From positions 1-59,090 of the forward strand of contig CAVIJK010000005.1 of NCBI GenBank assembly GCA_963643345.1: a stretch of 59,090 bases of DNA. Reading direction: 5' to 3'. The stretch is from a bacterium. Its GTDB lineage: Bacteria > Bacillota_I > Bacilli_A > RFN20 > CAG-826. Each line of letters begins with the position of its first letter. Position 1 is the stretch's first letter. Shown here in pieces: positions 10,118-19,655 of this stretch. The notes beneath the pieces are model-generated. The model did no database searches, was not told the origin of the DNA, and worked only from the letters and a program-made list of their open reading frames with translations. Both the position numbers and the translations under genes were made by a program.

Positions 10118-10306
10118 ATATTTAAAATCCTCTGGTGTTAGTATAAATGAATTCCTTTCATTTTGAAAGAAAACCACTTAATCAGATAAAACGAGCTTTG
10201 AATAACAAAACAATAAATTGACAAAGTTTTTTTGATTGTTTTTTTAATGATTTTAGGCAAGCGATTGCGTGTATCGTTGGCTTATTAAACACTTTGTAGT
10301 AAAATC

Positions 10307-10322
10307 ATTTTCGTTAACGAAA
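10307..10322. promoter_or_regulatory. Perfect 16-bp palindrome TTTTCGTTAACGAAAA between the predicted ackA promoter and its RBS (candidate operator)
   Basis: The palindrome was read directly from the sequence. It abuts the AAGAGG SD of ackA. Confidence 0.3.
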
Positions 10323-10335
10323 AGAGGTTAAAAAT

Positions 10336-11532
10336 ATGTCAAAATGTATAGCCGTTAACTGCGGTTCAAGCTCAATTAAGTACAAACTTTATGAAATGCC
10401 TGAGGAGAAGGTTATCTGCTCCGGTCAGGTTGAACGTATTGGCCACGAAGACGGAATCTTCTCCATCAAGTTCAATGGGCAATCCAAAAAAGACATCCTT
10501 CCTATCATGGATCACGCTGTTGGCGTTGAATTGATTTTAAAAGCGCTCGTAGATATGAAAATCATCGTTTCATTCGATGAAATCAAAGCCGTTGGACACC
10601 GTGTTGTTCAAGGCGGCAAATATTTCAGCAAATCAGTCTTGTTCGATGATTATTGCGAAAATAGAGTCACTGAATTAATCCCACTTGACCCTTTGCACGC
10701 ACCTGCTCATTTAACGGGTTTCCATGCGTTTAAGAAGGCTCTTCCAAATGCTGTTGCAATCGCGGTTTTTGATACAGCGTTCCATCAGACAATGGAGCCT
10801 GAAGATTACGTCTTCCCAATCCCATATGAATATACAGAAAAATATTCATGCAGACGCTATGGCGCACATGGCACATCCCATAATTATTTGGCAATAACTG
10901 CAAAAAAGAAATATCTTAAGGATATTGCTAATGAGAGAATCATCTCCTGCCACATCGGTTCTGGCTCTTCGCTTTGCGCTATAAAGAACGGCAAATGCGT
11001 TGCAACATCAATGGGTCTCACTCCTTTAGGCGGCGTCATGATGGGTACACGCACAGGCGATATGGATCCATCAGTCATGGATTACATCGCAACCTGCACA
11101 GGCAAAGACGTCCATCAAATCTACGATGAATTCAACAAGAAATCGGGCTTCTTGGGTGTCTCCGGCGTCTCAAATGACACTCGTGATATTGAGGCCGGTG
11201 CTTCAGAAGGAAACGAAAGATGTATCTTAGCTGCAAATTTATTCGCAAGAAGAATTGCAGACTACATCGGCTCTTATTATGTAAGACTTGGCGGAGCGGA
11301 CTTAATCGTCTTCTCAGCGGGAATTGGCGAAAACTCAGGATGGTTCAGAAAACTCGTCATCGATAGAATCAGCGAGGCTCTAGGTATTGTCCTTGATGAA
11401 AAGGCAAACGATTCACATGGCGATGCGGTCATCTCCAAACCAGAATCAAAGATCAAAGTGGTCGTCATCCCTACCGACGAGGAAGTAATGATCGCAAGAG
11501 ATTGCTGGAAAGCACTTGAGGGCAATTTATAA
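10336..11532 (+). CDS. ackA: Acetate kinase
   Basis: Supporting motifs are MSKCIAVNCGSSSIKYKLY, HRVVQGG, AHGTSH and EEVMIA. Confidence 0.95.
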   Translation: MSKCIAVNCGSSSIKYKLYEMPEEKVICSGQVERIGHEDGIFSIKFNGQSKKDILPIMDHAVGVELILKALVDMKIIVSFDEIKAVGHRVVQGGKYFSKSVLFDDYCENRVTELIPLDPLHAPAHLTGFHAFKKALPNAVAIAVFDTAFHQTMEPEDYVFPIPYEYTEKYSCRRYGAHGTSHNYLAITAKKKYLKDIANERIISCHIGSGSSLCAIKNGKCVATSMGLTPLGGVMMGTRTGDMDPSVMDYIATCTGKDVHQIYDEFNKKSGFLGVSGVSNDTRDIEAGASEGNERCILAANLFARRIADYIGSYYVRLGGADLIVFSAGIGENSGWFRKLVIDRISEALGIVLDEKANDSHGDAVISKPESKIKVVVIPTDEEVMIARDCWKALEGNL

Positions 11533-12533
11533 TGAGCAGATTACCAGAAGCTATTAAAGCCTATGGAAAAGCCCATTGGTCTACATACAAGAAGATATAT
11601 TCTCTAATAAAGAAATATGATCGCATCTGCGTGTTCCGTCACATCAAACCCGATTTTGATGCATATGGTTCACAGATGGGTCTAGTCACTTTCCTTAAAG
11701 ACAACTTCCCTAACAAAGAAATCCATTATGTCGGGGATAACCACGTCAGTTTTACAGGCCGAGTTTATCCTGAAAGTGAATCGTTGCCAGAATCATGGTT
11801 CGAAATTCCATTCCTTGCAATCGTGTGCGATGTTGGAGAACACGATAGAATCGCCGATCCTAGATACGCCAAGGCAACAGACATCGTTAAAATCGACCAC
11901 CACCCTTCAAAGATGGAAATTACAGATGTAAAGGTAGTTGACTTAGATTCAGCCTCCGCATCAGAAATGGTTTATGACCTCTGCGCAAACTGGAAAGGAA
12001 AAAAGATTTCCTACCAAGCCGCGTGGTACTTCTACTCGGGAATCGTGGGTGACACGGGCAATTTCAAATACCGTTCAACAAACATTCACACATTCGCTTG
12101 TGCGCAGGCTTTAATGGAAACGGGCATCAACATCGCCGATGTTACAAACTGCATGTTCCAAAAGAAAGTTGATGACTTGAAAGTAACCGCCTATGTTTTG
12201 AACCATTTCAGTGTTTCAGAACACGGGGTTGCTTACTATTATTTACCCGAATCAGTTCAAAAAGAACTCAATATCACTTCCGAAAGAGGCAAAGACAACG
12301 TAAACCTCTTCTCAAATATTGAGGGTATTGAAGCGTGGTGTTCATTCTCTGAATCCATAAAAGACAACTGTTGGTGGGTATCCATCCGCTCCAAAAAGGC
12401 TGACATCTCTCAAGTCGCCGCCAGATGGAGAGGCGGAGGCCACGCCAATGCATCAGGAGCCAAGATTCTCGATTTAAGCGAGCTTGATGGCTTGATTAAA
12501 GATTTAGATGCACTGTTTATAAAAAGCGAATAA
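11532..12533 (+). CDS. nrnA: DHH/DHHA1 phosphoesterase (NrnA-like oligoribonuclease/pAp phosphatase)
   Basis: Supporting motifs are HIKPDFDAYGS, CDVGE, IDHHPS and GGGHANASGA. Its start overlaps the ackA stop (TAATG). Confidence 0.85.
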   Translation: MSRLPEAIKAYGKAHWSTYKKIYSLIKKYDRICVFRHIKPDFDAYGSQMGLVTFLKDNFPNKEIHYVGDNHVSFTGRVYPESESLPESWFEIPFLAIVCDVGEHDRIADPRYAKATDIVKIDHHPSKMEITDVKVVDLDSASASEMVYDLCANWKGKKISYQAAWYFYSGIVGDTGNFKYRSTNIHTFACAQALMETGINIADVTNCMFQKKVDDLKVTAYVLNHFSVSEHGVAYYYLPESVQKELNITSERGKDNVNLFSNIEGIEAWCSFSESIKDNCWWVSIRSKKADISQVAARWRGGGHANASGAKILDLSELDGLIKDLDALFIKSE

Positions 12534-12547
12534 ATTGACAAAATATC

Positions 12548-12576
12548 GGCCTAGATTTAGTTCTAGGCCTTTTTTA
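12548..12576 (+). terminator. Rho-independent terminator after nrnA
   Basis: GGCCTAGA pairs with TCTAGGCC and is followed by TTTTTT. Confidence 0.7.
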
Positions 12577-12639
12577 TGCGTTTATAAACCGTTAAATCGG
12601 TTTATGGCGGAATAGTGAAGAGGAGTTTATAATAATGCT

Positions 12640-15600
12640 ATGCATTTTATCCCCCTCCACATTTATTCCGGTTTCTCATATTTACAATCCGGATTAACAA
12701 TCGAAAAAATTGCCAAAGTCGTAAAGGCAAACGGTTATGAATACTGTGGACTATGCGATAACGGCTCTTTATCGGGTATCGCTCCTTTTGAGCATTTGAT
12801 CAAAGGCGTCGGTAGCAAACCTGTTTTTGGCATGGACATCCAAACTCCGATTGGAACGCTTAGTTTATTTATCAAAAACGAAGAGGGTTACCGCAATTTG
12901 CTTTCTATCTCCACTGCTATCATCGAAAAAAGATTGAGTGATGAAATAATTGTTGACCATTCCAAAGGCCTTATTTGCGTTTATCCGCTAGAACTATCCT
13001 TCTATGCCGAATCTCTTGTTGAATCCGAAAGAGAATTCGCAAGGAGACTTTTTGAACTTACCGGCAAATTCGATAAAACTCTCATTGGATTGCCATACGG
13101 AGAGGAAAACTTAACATTAATCAGGCAAGGAAGAGCCTTTGCCGATAAATATGCTTATCTTGCAGTTGCATTCCCGCATATTCTTTACGAGAGAAAAGAA
13201 GACGCAATTACATTGGACATCGTTAATGCGATATCAGATAAAAACACACTTAGCGAAAAGGAAAAACTCGGAGAGAACTATTTCATATCCGAAAGCGAGT
13301 TACGCGCTTTCTACACAGATGAGGAAATTGACAATTCTTATAAAGTCGCGATTTCATGTAAGAAATTCTCGTTAATAATGAAAAGGGGCACGCTACTCCA
13401 TTTTGAGAATGATAAAGGCCTAACTAGCGAGGAATATATAAAGCAAATAGCTAATGAAGGGATGGCAAGGGAAGGCCTAAAGGGCAAAATAGAATACGAA
13501 GACAGGCTTTCCTATGAGTTATCGGTCATTCACCAAATGGGGTACGATGACTATTTCCTTATCGTTTCAGATTATGTCAACTACGCAAGAAATAACGGAA
13601 TTTTCGTAGGTCCAGGAAGAGGATCTGCTGGCGGGTCTCTAGTTTCGTATTGCTTAGGCATCATTGAAACCGATCCTTTGAAATACAACCTCTTATTCGA
13701 AAGATTCCTAAACCCAGAAAGGCGATCGATGCCGGATATCGACGTTGATTTCAGTGATGTAAATCGCGAAAAAGTAGTCTCTTATTTACAAAACAAGTAT
13801 GGCAGTCAGAGAGTTGGCAGGGTTTTAACCACCCAGACAATTGGGGCAAAGGAAGCGCTGCGAGATATCGCAAGAGTCTATGGTTACAAAGACCGTGAAG
13901 TCGATACAATCATTTCATGCATTGTTAACGACAAACTCACTTTAAGGGAGGATTACAAAACATCGCCACAATTCAAGTCGCTCGTAGATTCGGATAAGTT
14001 CTATCTTGAGATGGTTGCATTGGCATCCAAAATTGAAGGACTTCCAAGACAGGCGGGACTGCATGCCGCAGGCGTTGTGTTGAATAACGAACCGTTAACG
14101 GAAACACTGCCCGTTGCCTTGAACGAAGAGGTTGGGTATGTGGCATGTCTAGAAAAGGATTATCTTGAAGAACAAGGTTTCCTTAAGATGGATATCCTCG
14201 GCCTCAGGAACTTAACGATAATAGAGATTGCGCTAAATCTTATCGAGATGAATCGTGGCATCAAAATCAGCCCATATGAGATCCCGTATGAAGACGAGGA
14301 AGCAATCAAGCTTATCTGCAAAAATAAGACAATGGGCTTGTTCCAGCTTGAATCCCCTGGCATGAAGAGAACAATCAAGGAAATTCAGCCAACCACATTC
14401 GAAGATATCGCCGCAATTGAAGCGTTATTCCGTCCTGGTCCAATGGACTCGATTCCAAGCTTCGCAAGAAGAAAACACGGTACGGAAACCATCAAATATT
14501 TGACTTCAGAACTTGAACCCATCCTTAAAAATACCTATGGTATCATCGTTTATCAGGAGCAAATCATGCAAATTGCATCTTCAGTTGCTGGTTTCTCGTT
14601 TGGAGAGGCTGATGTTTTTAGACGTGCCATCTCCAAAAAAGACAAATCGAAAATCGATGCAATGCACGAAAAATTCATAAAGGGTTGCATAAACAAGGGA
14701 AAAAGCAAACAACTTGCCGAACAGTTATTCGCATTAATTGAGAAATTTGCGAACTACGGATTCAACAAATCGCATGCGATTTCTTATGCCGTTCTTACAT
14801 GTAGAATGGCGTATTTAAAAGCGCACTACCCAGCCGAATTTTATTGCGCAATTTTGGATTCAATGGCGCCAGGCGATAAAAAATTCAAAGACACTTTAAC
14901 CGAGATGAAAGAACTCGGTCTCAAACTATCAAGCCCAGACATCAATAGGTCCTATAAATCGTTCATCGTCGATGGAACGTCGTTAAGGACGCCATTAAGC
15001 GCAATAAGGGGGATGCAAGGGATTCTACTTAATAATGTGCTTAAAGAGCGAGAGGAACATGGACCATATATCGATATCTTCGATTTTGCCGTTAGAACTA
15101 TCGAATACGGATTGAATATCCAAATGTTGATTAAATTCATAGATTCAGGGTCATTCGATCTCCTTCATCCGAATAGAGAATCTCTAAGGAAGAGCGCGAA
15201 TTCCATCATGACGTATGCAAACATGTTCGGATCGAGCGCTTTAGCGGGAGGCCTACTGGATATAGGAATCGAAAAACCAATGTTAGCAAACGTTGAAGAT
15301 GATTTGAGAATCAATCTCGAAGCGGAATTTGAGACTCTTGGAATGATGATATCCGCTTCCCCATTCAAACTTTATGAAAAAGAACTTGTCGGAGTGAAAT
15401 TCATCAGAATCGAAGACGCTTATTCCGCAAATGGTGAATTTGTAACGGCGGGACTTGTTAAAAACGTCAAGGCGATAATAACGAAGAAAGGAACGCAGAT
15501 GTGTTTCTTGGAGATATATGACGATTTGAATGATATGGAATTCACATTATTCGAGGAAGCGTACTTAAAATCGTTCAGCGCTTTGAAGAAAGACAATTTG

Positions 15601-15678
15601 GTTCTTGTAACCGGTAGGAAAGATAGAATCAAACAAGACTCATTCTTGGCGACACTAGTTAGAAAGGTAGGAGAATAA
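12640..15678 (+). CDS. dnaE: DNA polymerase III alpha subunit (DnaE type)
   Basis: The protein is 1012 aa with an N-terminal PHP domain, the PDIDVDF polymerase motif, FNKSHA and a C-terminal OB fold. Confidence 0.95.
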   Translation: MHFIPLHIYSGFSYLQSGLTIEKIAKVVKANGYEYCGLCDNGSLSGIAPFEHLIKGVGSKPVFGMDIQTPIGTLSLFIKNEEGYRNLLSISTAIIEKRLSDEIIVDHSKGLICVYPLELSFYAESLVESEREFARRLFELTGKFDKTLIGLPYGEENLTLIRQGRAFADKYAYLAVAFPHILYERKEDAITLDIVNAISDKNTLSEKEKLGENYFISESELRAFYTDEEIDNSYKVAISCKKFSLIMKRGTLLHFENDKGLTSEEYIKQIANEGMAREGLKGKIEYEDRLSYELSVIHQMGYDDYFLIVSDYVNYARNNGIFVGPGRGSAGGSLVSYCLGIIETDPLKYNLLFERFLNPERRSMPDIDVDFSDVNREKVVSYLQNKYGSQRVGRVLTTQTIGAKEALRDIARVYGYKDREVDTIISCIVNDKLTLREDYKTSPQFKSLVDSDKFYLEMVALASKIEGLPRQAGLHAAGVVLNNEPLTETLPVALNEEVGYVACLEKDYLEEQGFLKMDILGLRNLTIIEIALNLIEMNRGIKISPYEIPYEDEEAIKLICKNKTMGLFQLESPGMKRTIKEIQPTTFEDIAAIEALFRPGPMDSIPSFARRKHGTETIKYLTSELEPILKNTYGIIVYQEQIMQIASSVAGFSFGEADVFRRAISKKDKSKIDAMHEKFIKGCINKGKSKQLAEQLFALIEKFANYGFNKSHAISYAVLTCRMAYLKAHYPAEFYCAILDSMAPGDKKFKDTLTEMKELGLKLSSPDINRSYKSFIVDGTSLRTPLSAIRGMQGILLNNVLKEREEHGPYIDIFDFAVRTIEYGLNIQMLIKFIDSGSFDLLHPNRESLRKSANSIMTYANMFGSSALAGGLLDIGIEKPMLANVEDDLRINLEAEFETLGMMISASPFKLYEKELVGVKFIRIEDAYSANGEFVTAGLVKNVKAIITKKGTQMCFLEIYDDLNDMEFTLFEEAYLKSFSALKKDNLVLVTGRKDRIKQDSFLATLVRKVGE

Positions 15679-15679
15679 T

Positions 15680-18283
15680 ATGGCTAAAAAACTTATTGTA
15701 GTCGATGGAAATTCGCTTTTATTCAGGGCATTTTACGCTACGGCATATGGCGACACGACAAACATAATGAGAACGAAATCCGGTACCCCTACCAATGCAA
15801 TTTTCGCTTTTGCGAATATGGTCACAAAAATCCTTCAAGGGTTTAAGGGGGGAGAATATTTCTTCGTAGGTTTTGACGCCGATGGGCATACATTCAGAAA
15901 AGAACAATACGCCGACTATAAAGCCAATAGAAAACCATGTCCTCCAGAGCTCGTTCCACAATTCCCAATATCAAGAGAATTACTCAATTCCTTGGGAATT
16001 AAAAATTACGAGGAGCACGGCATTGAAGCGGATGATATCTGTGGCACGGTCGCTAAATGGGGATCTTCAAATGGCTTTGAGGTTATGGTCTATACCTCAG
16101 ATAAAGATTACCTTCAATTGATAGACGATAATATTACTGTTTCCTTATTGAAGACCGGTCTTTCCAATATGGAAATCATGAACTCCGTAACCATGCCTGA
16201 AAAATTCGGTTTTTCACCTAAGCAGATAATTGATTATAAAGGATTAAGGGGAGATTCTTCGGATAATCTACCTGGTATTCCTGGCGTCGGTGATAAAACC
16301 GCCGTTAAATTGATCCAAGAATACGGTTCATTCGATGCGATAATCGAGGCTGCCCAGGCAATGAAATCAAAGGTCGGAGAAAACATTAGGACATATGTCG
16401 ACCAAGGAAGGCAATGCTACGACCTCGCGACTATCAAAACGGATTGCGCGCTGCCATTCAATTTAGAAGATTGTTTATATAAAGGGTATCAATTTAAGGA
16501 TGTTAACGAGTTCGCCCAAAAGTATGAGTTGAAACAATTTATTTCCAGATTGCCCCAAACCATGAAAAAACAGGACAAAAAGACGATTGAATTCAAACCT
16601 GTTAAAGCTGATTCTGCCGAACCCTTCGAAAATGATTCAGAAATCGGCGTTGCTTTTGATGTCGACTACACTTCATATCATGACTGCGTCATTAACGGCG
16701 TCGCAATCTCTAATTTAAGCAACACTTTGTACATTGAATACGACAAGCTGATCGGAGATGCCGCATTCAAAAAAATAATGGAGAACGCTAACGTCAAGAA
16801 ACACGTATTTGACGGCAAGGCCACATTTTATATCTCAAATAGAATGGGAATCGACTTTAAAGGGTTGGAAAACGATATCCTTTTGGCCGCTTATCTATTG
16901 GATTCCACCGTCACTTCTAATCCAAGGCTCGTATTTGCCAGTTTCGGCATTGATATCGAAAGTGATGAAACAATCGATTTGTTCAACACATCAAAATTCT
17001 TAGAAACCTCGAAAATGGCATATTCAGCCTTATCTTTAAAAGAGAAAATTACAACAAACCTTAAAGAGGAGGATGATTATGAACTCTATAAGGATGTAGA
17101 GCTGCCGCTTTCGCTTGTACTCGCAAAAATGGAACTTACAGGCATGCCTGTGCATAAAGAAGTTCTCAGCCAAATCGGCAAAGAATTCAAAATAAAGCGC
17201 GATTCGCTAGAAAAAGAAGTCATTGAAATGGCCGGCCATCCATTCAACTTGAATTCCCCAAAACAGATTGCCGAGGTTTTCTTTGGTGAACTAGGAATAA
17301 GAGACCCTAGAGGAGGCTCGACAGGAGTCGATGCGATGAATGACTTAAAAGACGAATATCCGATCGTTGCAAAACTCTTGGAATATAGAAAATACGCCAA
17401 GCTGATCTCGACCTACATCGAAGGTATTGCTCCTCATATCGACGCAAGCGGATATGTCCACACATACTTCAATCAGGCTCAAACTGCAACGGGTCGATTA
17501 TCCTCATCCTCACCAAACTTGCAAAACATCAGCACGAGAGACCCCGAATCGAAACTCATCAGGAAAGCTTTCTATTACGATGAGGCGGACTACACGATTG
17601 TCTCATTTGATTATGGCCAGATTGAATTAAGAATCCTGGCATCCTTATCCAAATGTCAAAAATATTTGGATGTTTTCAATAGCGTTGAGGATAGGGACGT
17701 CCATAGCGAGACCGCGAAACTCATTTATCACACCGAAGAAATTACAAGTCTTCAAAGAAGAACCGCAAAGGCTGTTAACTTTGCAATTATCTATGGCACA
17801 ACCGTATACGGCTTAGCAGATCAAATCGGTTGCTCGCCTAAAGAAGCACAGCAATTAATCAAGAACTTCTACTATGCATATCCTGAAGTCGGGGAATTCT
17901 TGCAAAAGACGGTTACCGAAGCTTCAAGCCAAGGTTTTGTGACCACGATGTTTGGAAGAAGGAGATATTTAAGAGAAATCAACGACCCGAACTATGCAAA
18001 AAGGGAATCCGCAAGGCGACAAGCCCTCAACGCCCCGGTTCAAGGGACTGCTGCAGACCTTATGAAAATAGTCATGGTCAAAATAGAAAATTTTCTCGAA
18101 GAAAATAACTATAAGACAAAACTAATACTTCAGATTCACGATGAACTTATGTTCAAGGTCCCAAGCGATGAAATGGAAACAGTCATTCCGCAGATAAAAA
18201 ACATCATGGAAACCACCGTTGCCCTTCCAGTTAAGTTAGTCACTGAAATGGGAGAGGGCAAAACGTGGTATGAGGTGAAATAA
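15680..18283 (+). CDS. polA: DNA polymerase I
   Basis: It has a 5'-nuclease domain (DGNSLLFRAFYA...GIPGVGDKTA) and pol motifs (DYGQIELRILA, RRTAKAVNFAIIYG, QIHDELMF). The gene starts 1 nt after dnaE ends. Confidence 0.95.
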   Translation: MAKKLIVVDGNSLLFRAFYATAYGDTTNIMRTKSGTPTNAIFAFANMVTKILQGFKGGEYFFVGFDADGHTFRKEQYADYKANRKPCPPELVPQFPISRELLNSLGIKNYEEHGIEADDICGTVAKWGSSNGFEVMVYTSDKDYLQLIDDNITVSLLKTGLSNMEIMNSVTMPEKFGFSPKQIIDYKGLRGDSSDNLPGIPGVGDKTAVKLIQEYGSFDAIIEAAQAMKSKVGENIRTYVDQGRQCYDLATIKTDCALPFNLEDCLYKGYQFKDVNEFAQKYELKQFISRLPQTMKKQDKKTIEFKPVKADSAEPFENDSEIGVAFDVDYTSYHDCVINGVAISNLSNTLYIEYDKLIGDAAFKKIMENANVKKHVFDGKATFYISNRMGIDFKGLENDILLAAYLLDSTVTSNPRLVFASFGIDIESDETIDLFNTSKFLETSKMAYSALSLKEKITTNLKEEDDYELYKDVELPLSLVLAKMELTGMPVHKEVLSQIGKEFKIKRDSLEKEVIEMAGHPFNLNSPKQIAEVFFGELGIRDPRGGSTGVDAMNDLKDEYPIVAKLLEYRKYAKLISTYIEGIAPHIDASGYVHTYFNQAQTATGRLSSSSPNLQNISTRDPESKLIRKAFYYDEADYTIVSFDYGQIELRILASLSKCQKYLDVFNSVEDRDVHSETAKLIYHTEEITSLQRRTAKAVNFAIIYGTTVYGLADQIGCSPKEAQQLIKNFYYAYPEVGEFLQKTVTEASSQGFVTTMFGRRRYLREINDPNYAKRESARRQALNAPVQGTAADLMKIVMVKIENFLEENNYKTKLILQIHDELMFKVPSDEMETVIPQIKNIMETTVALPVKLVTEMGEGKTWYEVK

Positions 18284-18284
18284 A

Positions 18285-19655
18285 ATGCCAGAATTGCCAG
18301 AAGTTGAGACGGTTAAAAATATTCTTCAGGAAATCGTTCCAGGGAAAAAAATCAAAGCAATCGATATTTATTATTCAGGCTGTATCAAAGCGCCAATTAA
18401 CGACTTTGTGTCTTTTCTTATTGGCGAGACTTTTAAAAAAATAACGAGAAGAGGCAAATTCCTTATCTTCCATCTAACTAACAATAAAGTTGTTGTTTCA
18501 CACTTAAGGATGGAAGGTAAATACTTCGAAGGCAAGGAAGAAAATGCTCCAGATAAGCATGATATCATGCGTTATGTTTTTGCTGATGGCACCACATTAA
18601 GATACAACGATGTCCGCAAGTTCGGAGTACTTGTACCACAAAAAGAGGATGAATGCCTAGATATTCCACCGCTATCTGATGTTGGCAAGGAACCTTGGGA
18701 TTTAACGCCTGATGAATTATACAAAGGACTTCAAACAAAAAAATGCACAGTCAAAGAAGGATTGCTTGATCAGAAAATGATCGCAGGTCTTGGAAACATC
18801 TATGATGACGAGGTTCTCTTTGCAACGAAAATCAACCCGAGGAGGAAGGCAAATGCAATAACTCCAGAAGAATGCGTTTGTATTTTAAAAGAATCTAGCC
18901 GGATTTTAAACGAAGCAATTGCTAACGGGGGATCTACCATAAAGTCATACCATCCAAAAGAAGGCGTATCCGGTTTGATGCAAAATAACCTTTTGGCTTA
19001 CGGCCACGAAAACGAGGCATGCCCAAATTGCACTTTTCCGATGAGGAAGATATCCATAGGCGGGCGCGGGACCGTCTATTGTCCGAAATGCCAAAAAAAT
19101 TTCGGAGAACCTTTTATTGTAGGAGTCACCGGGCCAATCGCTTCAGGGAAAAGCACAGTTTCCTCATATTTAGAACGCAAAGGATACCTTAAGATTGACG
19201 CAGATTTAATTGTATCCGAGTTATACCAAAACAAGGCATTCACAAACTCAATTGCTAGGCGCTTCGGAATGAAATCATTCTCCAGGAAGGAATTACTTGC
19301 GATAGTATCTGAAAACGAAGAGAAACGTAAAGAATTAAACGATATCGTTCACCCTGCCGTATTTGATGAAATCGAAAGTAGAATTTCAAAAAATAAAGAT
19401 AAGAAAATTGTCTTAGACGTTCCTTTATTATTTGGCAGTCCATTAGAGGAAAAATGCGATTTAATTATAACCGTTCTTTCCGACGAAAAACTTCAGGAAC
19501 AAAGGATTGTTCAACGCGGAAAAGACCCCAAAGCCTCGCTGGCCCTCAACAAGAAATGGCCTAGAGCCCTAGCAAAGAAAAAATCCGGCATTGTATTAAC
19601 AACTGACGGATCCTTGGATGAACTTTACCAGAAATTGAACAAATACGATTGGTAA
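18285..19655 (+). CDS. Fusion protein: formamidopyrimidine-DNA glycosylase (Fpg/MutM) + dephospho-CoA kinase (CoaE)
   Basis: The N-terminus MPELPEVETV through the zinc finger CPNC...CPKC (about 272 aa) is Fpg. After a roughly 5-aa linker comes VGVTGPIASGKSTV...DADLIV...IVHPAV, which is CoaE. It is a single uninterrupted frame. Confidence 0.9.
   Translation: MPELPEVETVKNILQEIVPGKKIKAIDIYYSGCIKAPINDFVSFLIGETFKKITRRGKFLIFHLTNNKVVVSHLRMEGKYFEGKEENAPDKHDIMRYVFADGTTLRYNDVRKFGVLVPQKEDECLDIPPLSDVGKEPWDLTPDELYKGLQTKKCTVKEGLLDQKMIAGLGNIYDDEVLFATKINPRRKANAITPEECVCILKESSRILNEAIANGGSTIKSYHPKEGVSGLMQNNLLAYGHENEACPNCTFPMRKISIGGRGTVYCPKCQKNFGEPFIVGVTGPIASGKSTVSSYLERKGYLKIDADLIVSELYQNKAFTNSIARRFGMKSFSRKELLAIVSENEEKRKELNDIVHPAVFDEIESRISKNKDKKIVLDVPLLFGSPLEEKCDLIITVLSDEKLQEQRIVQRGKDPKASLALNKKWPRALAKKKSGIVLTTDGSLDELYQKLNKYDW

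Noticed and set aside
10307-10322. Reading the ackA palindrome as a CcpA cre site.
   Set aside because: The cre consensus (TGNAANCGNTTNCA) has a central CG. This element has a central TTAA with flanking CG dinucleotides and does not fit.
12635-12697. A 20-codon upstream ORF (ATG 12635) with ideal spacing to the AGGAG in front of dnaE.
   Set aside because: It is out of frame with dnaE, very short, and unremarkable in sequence (MLCILSPSTFIPVSHIYNPD). It could influence dnaE translation, but there is no evidence that it is a real gene.
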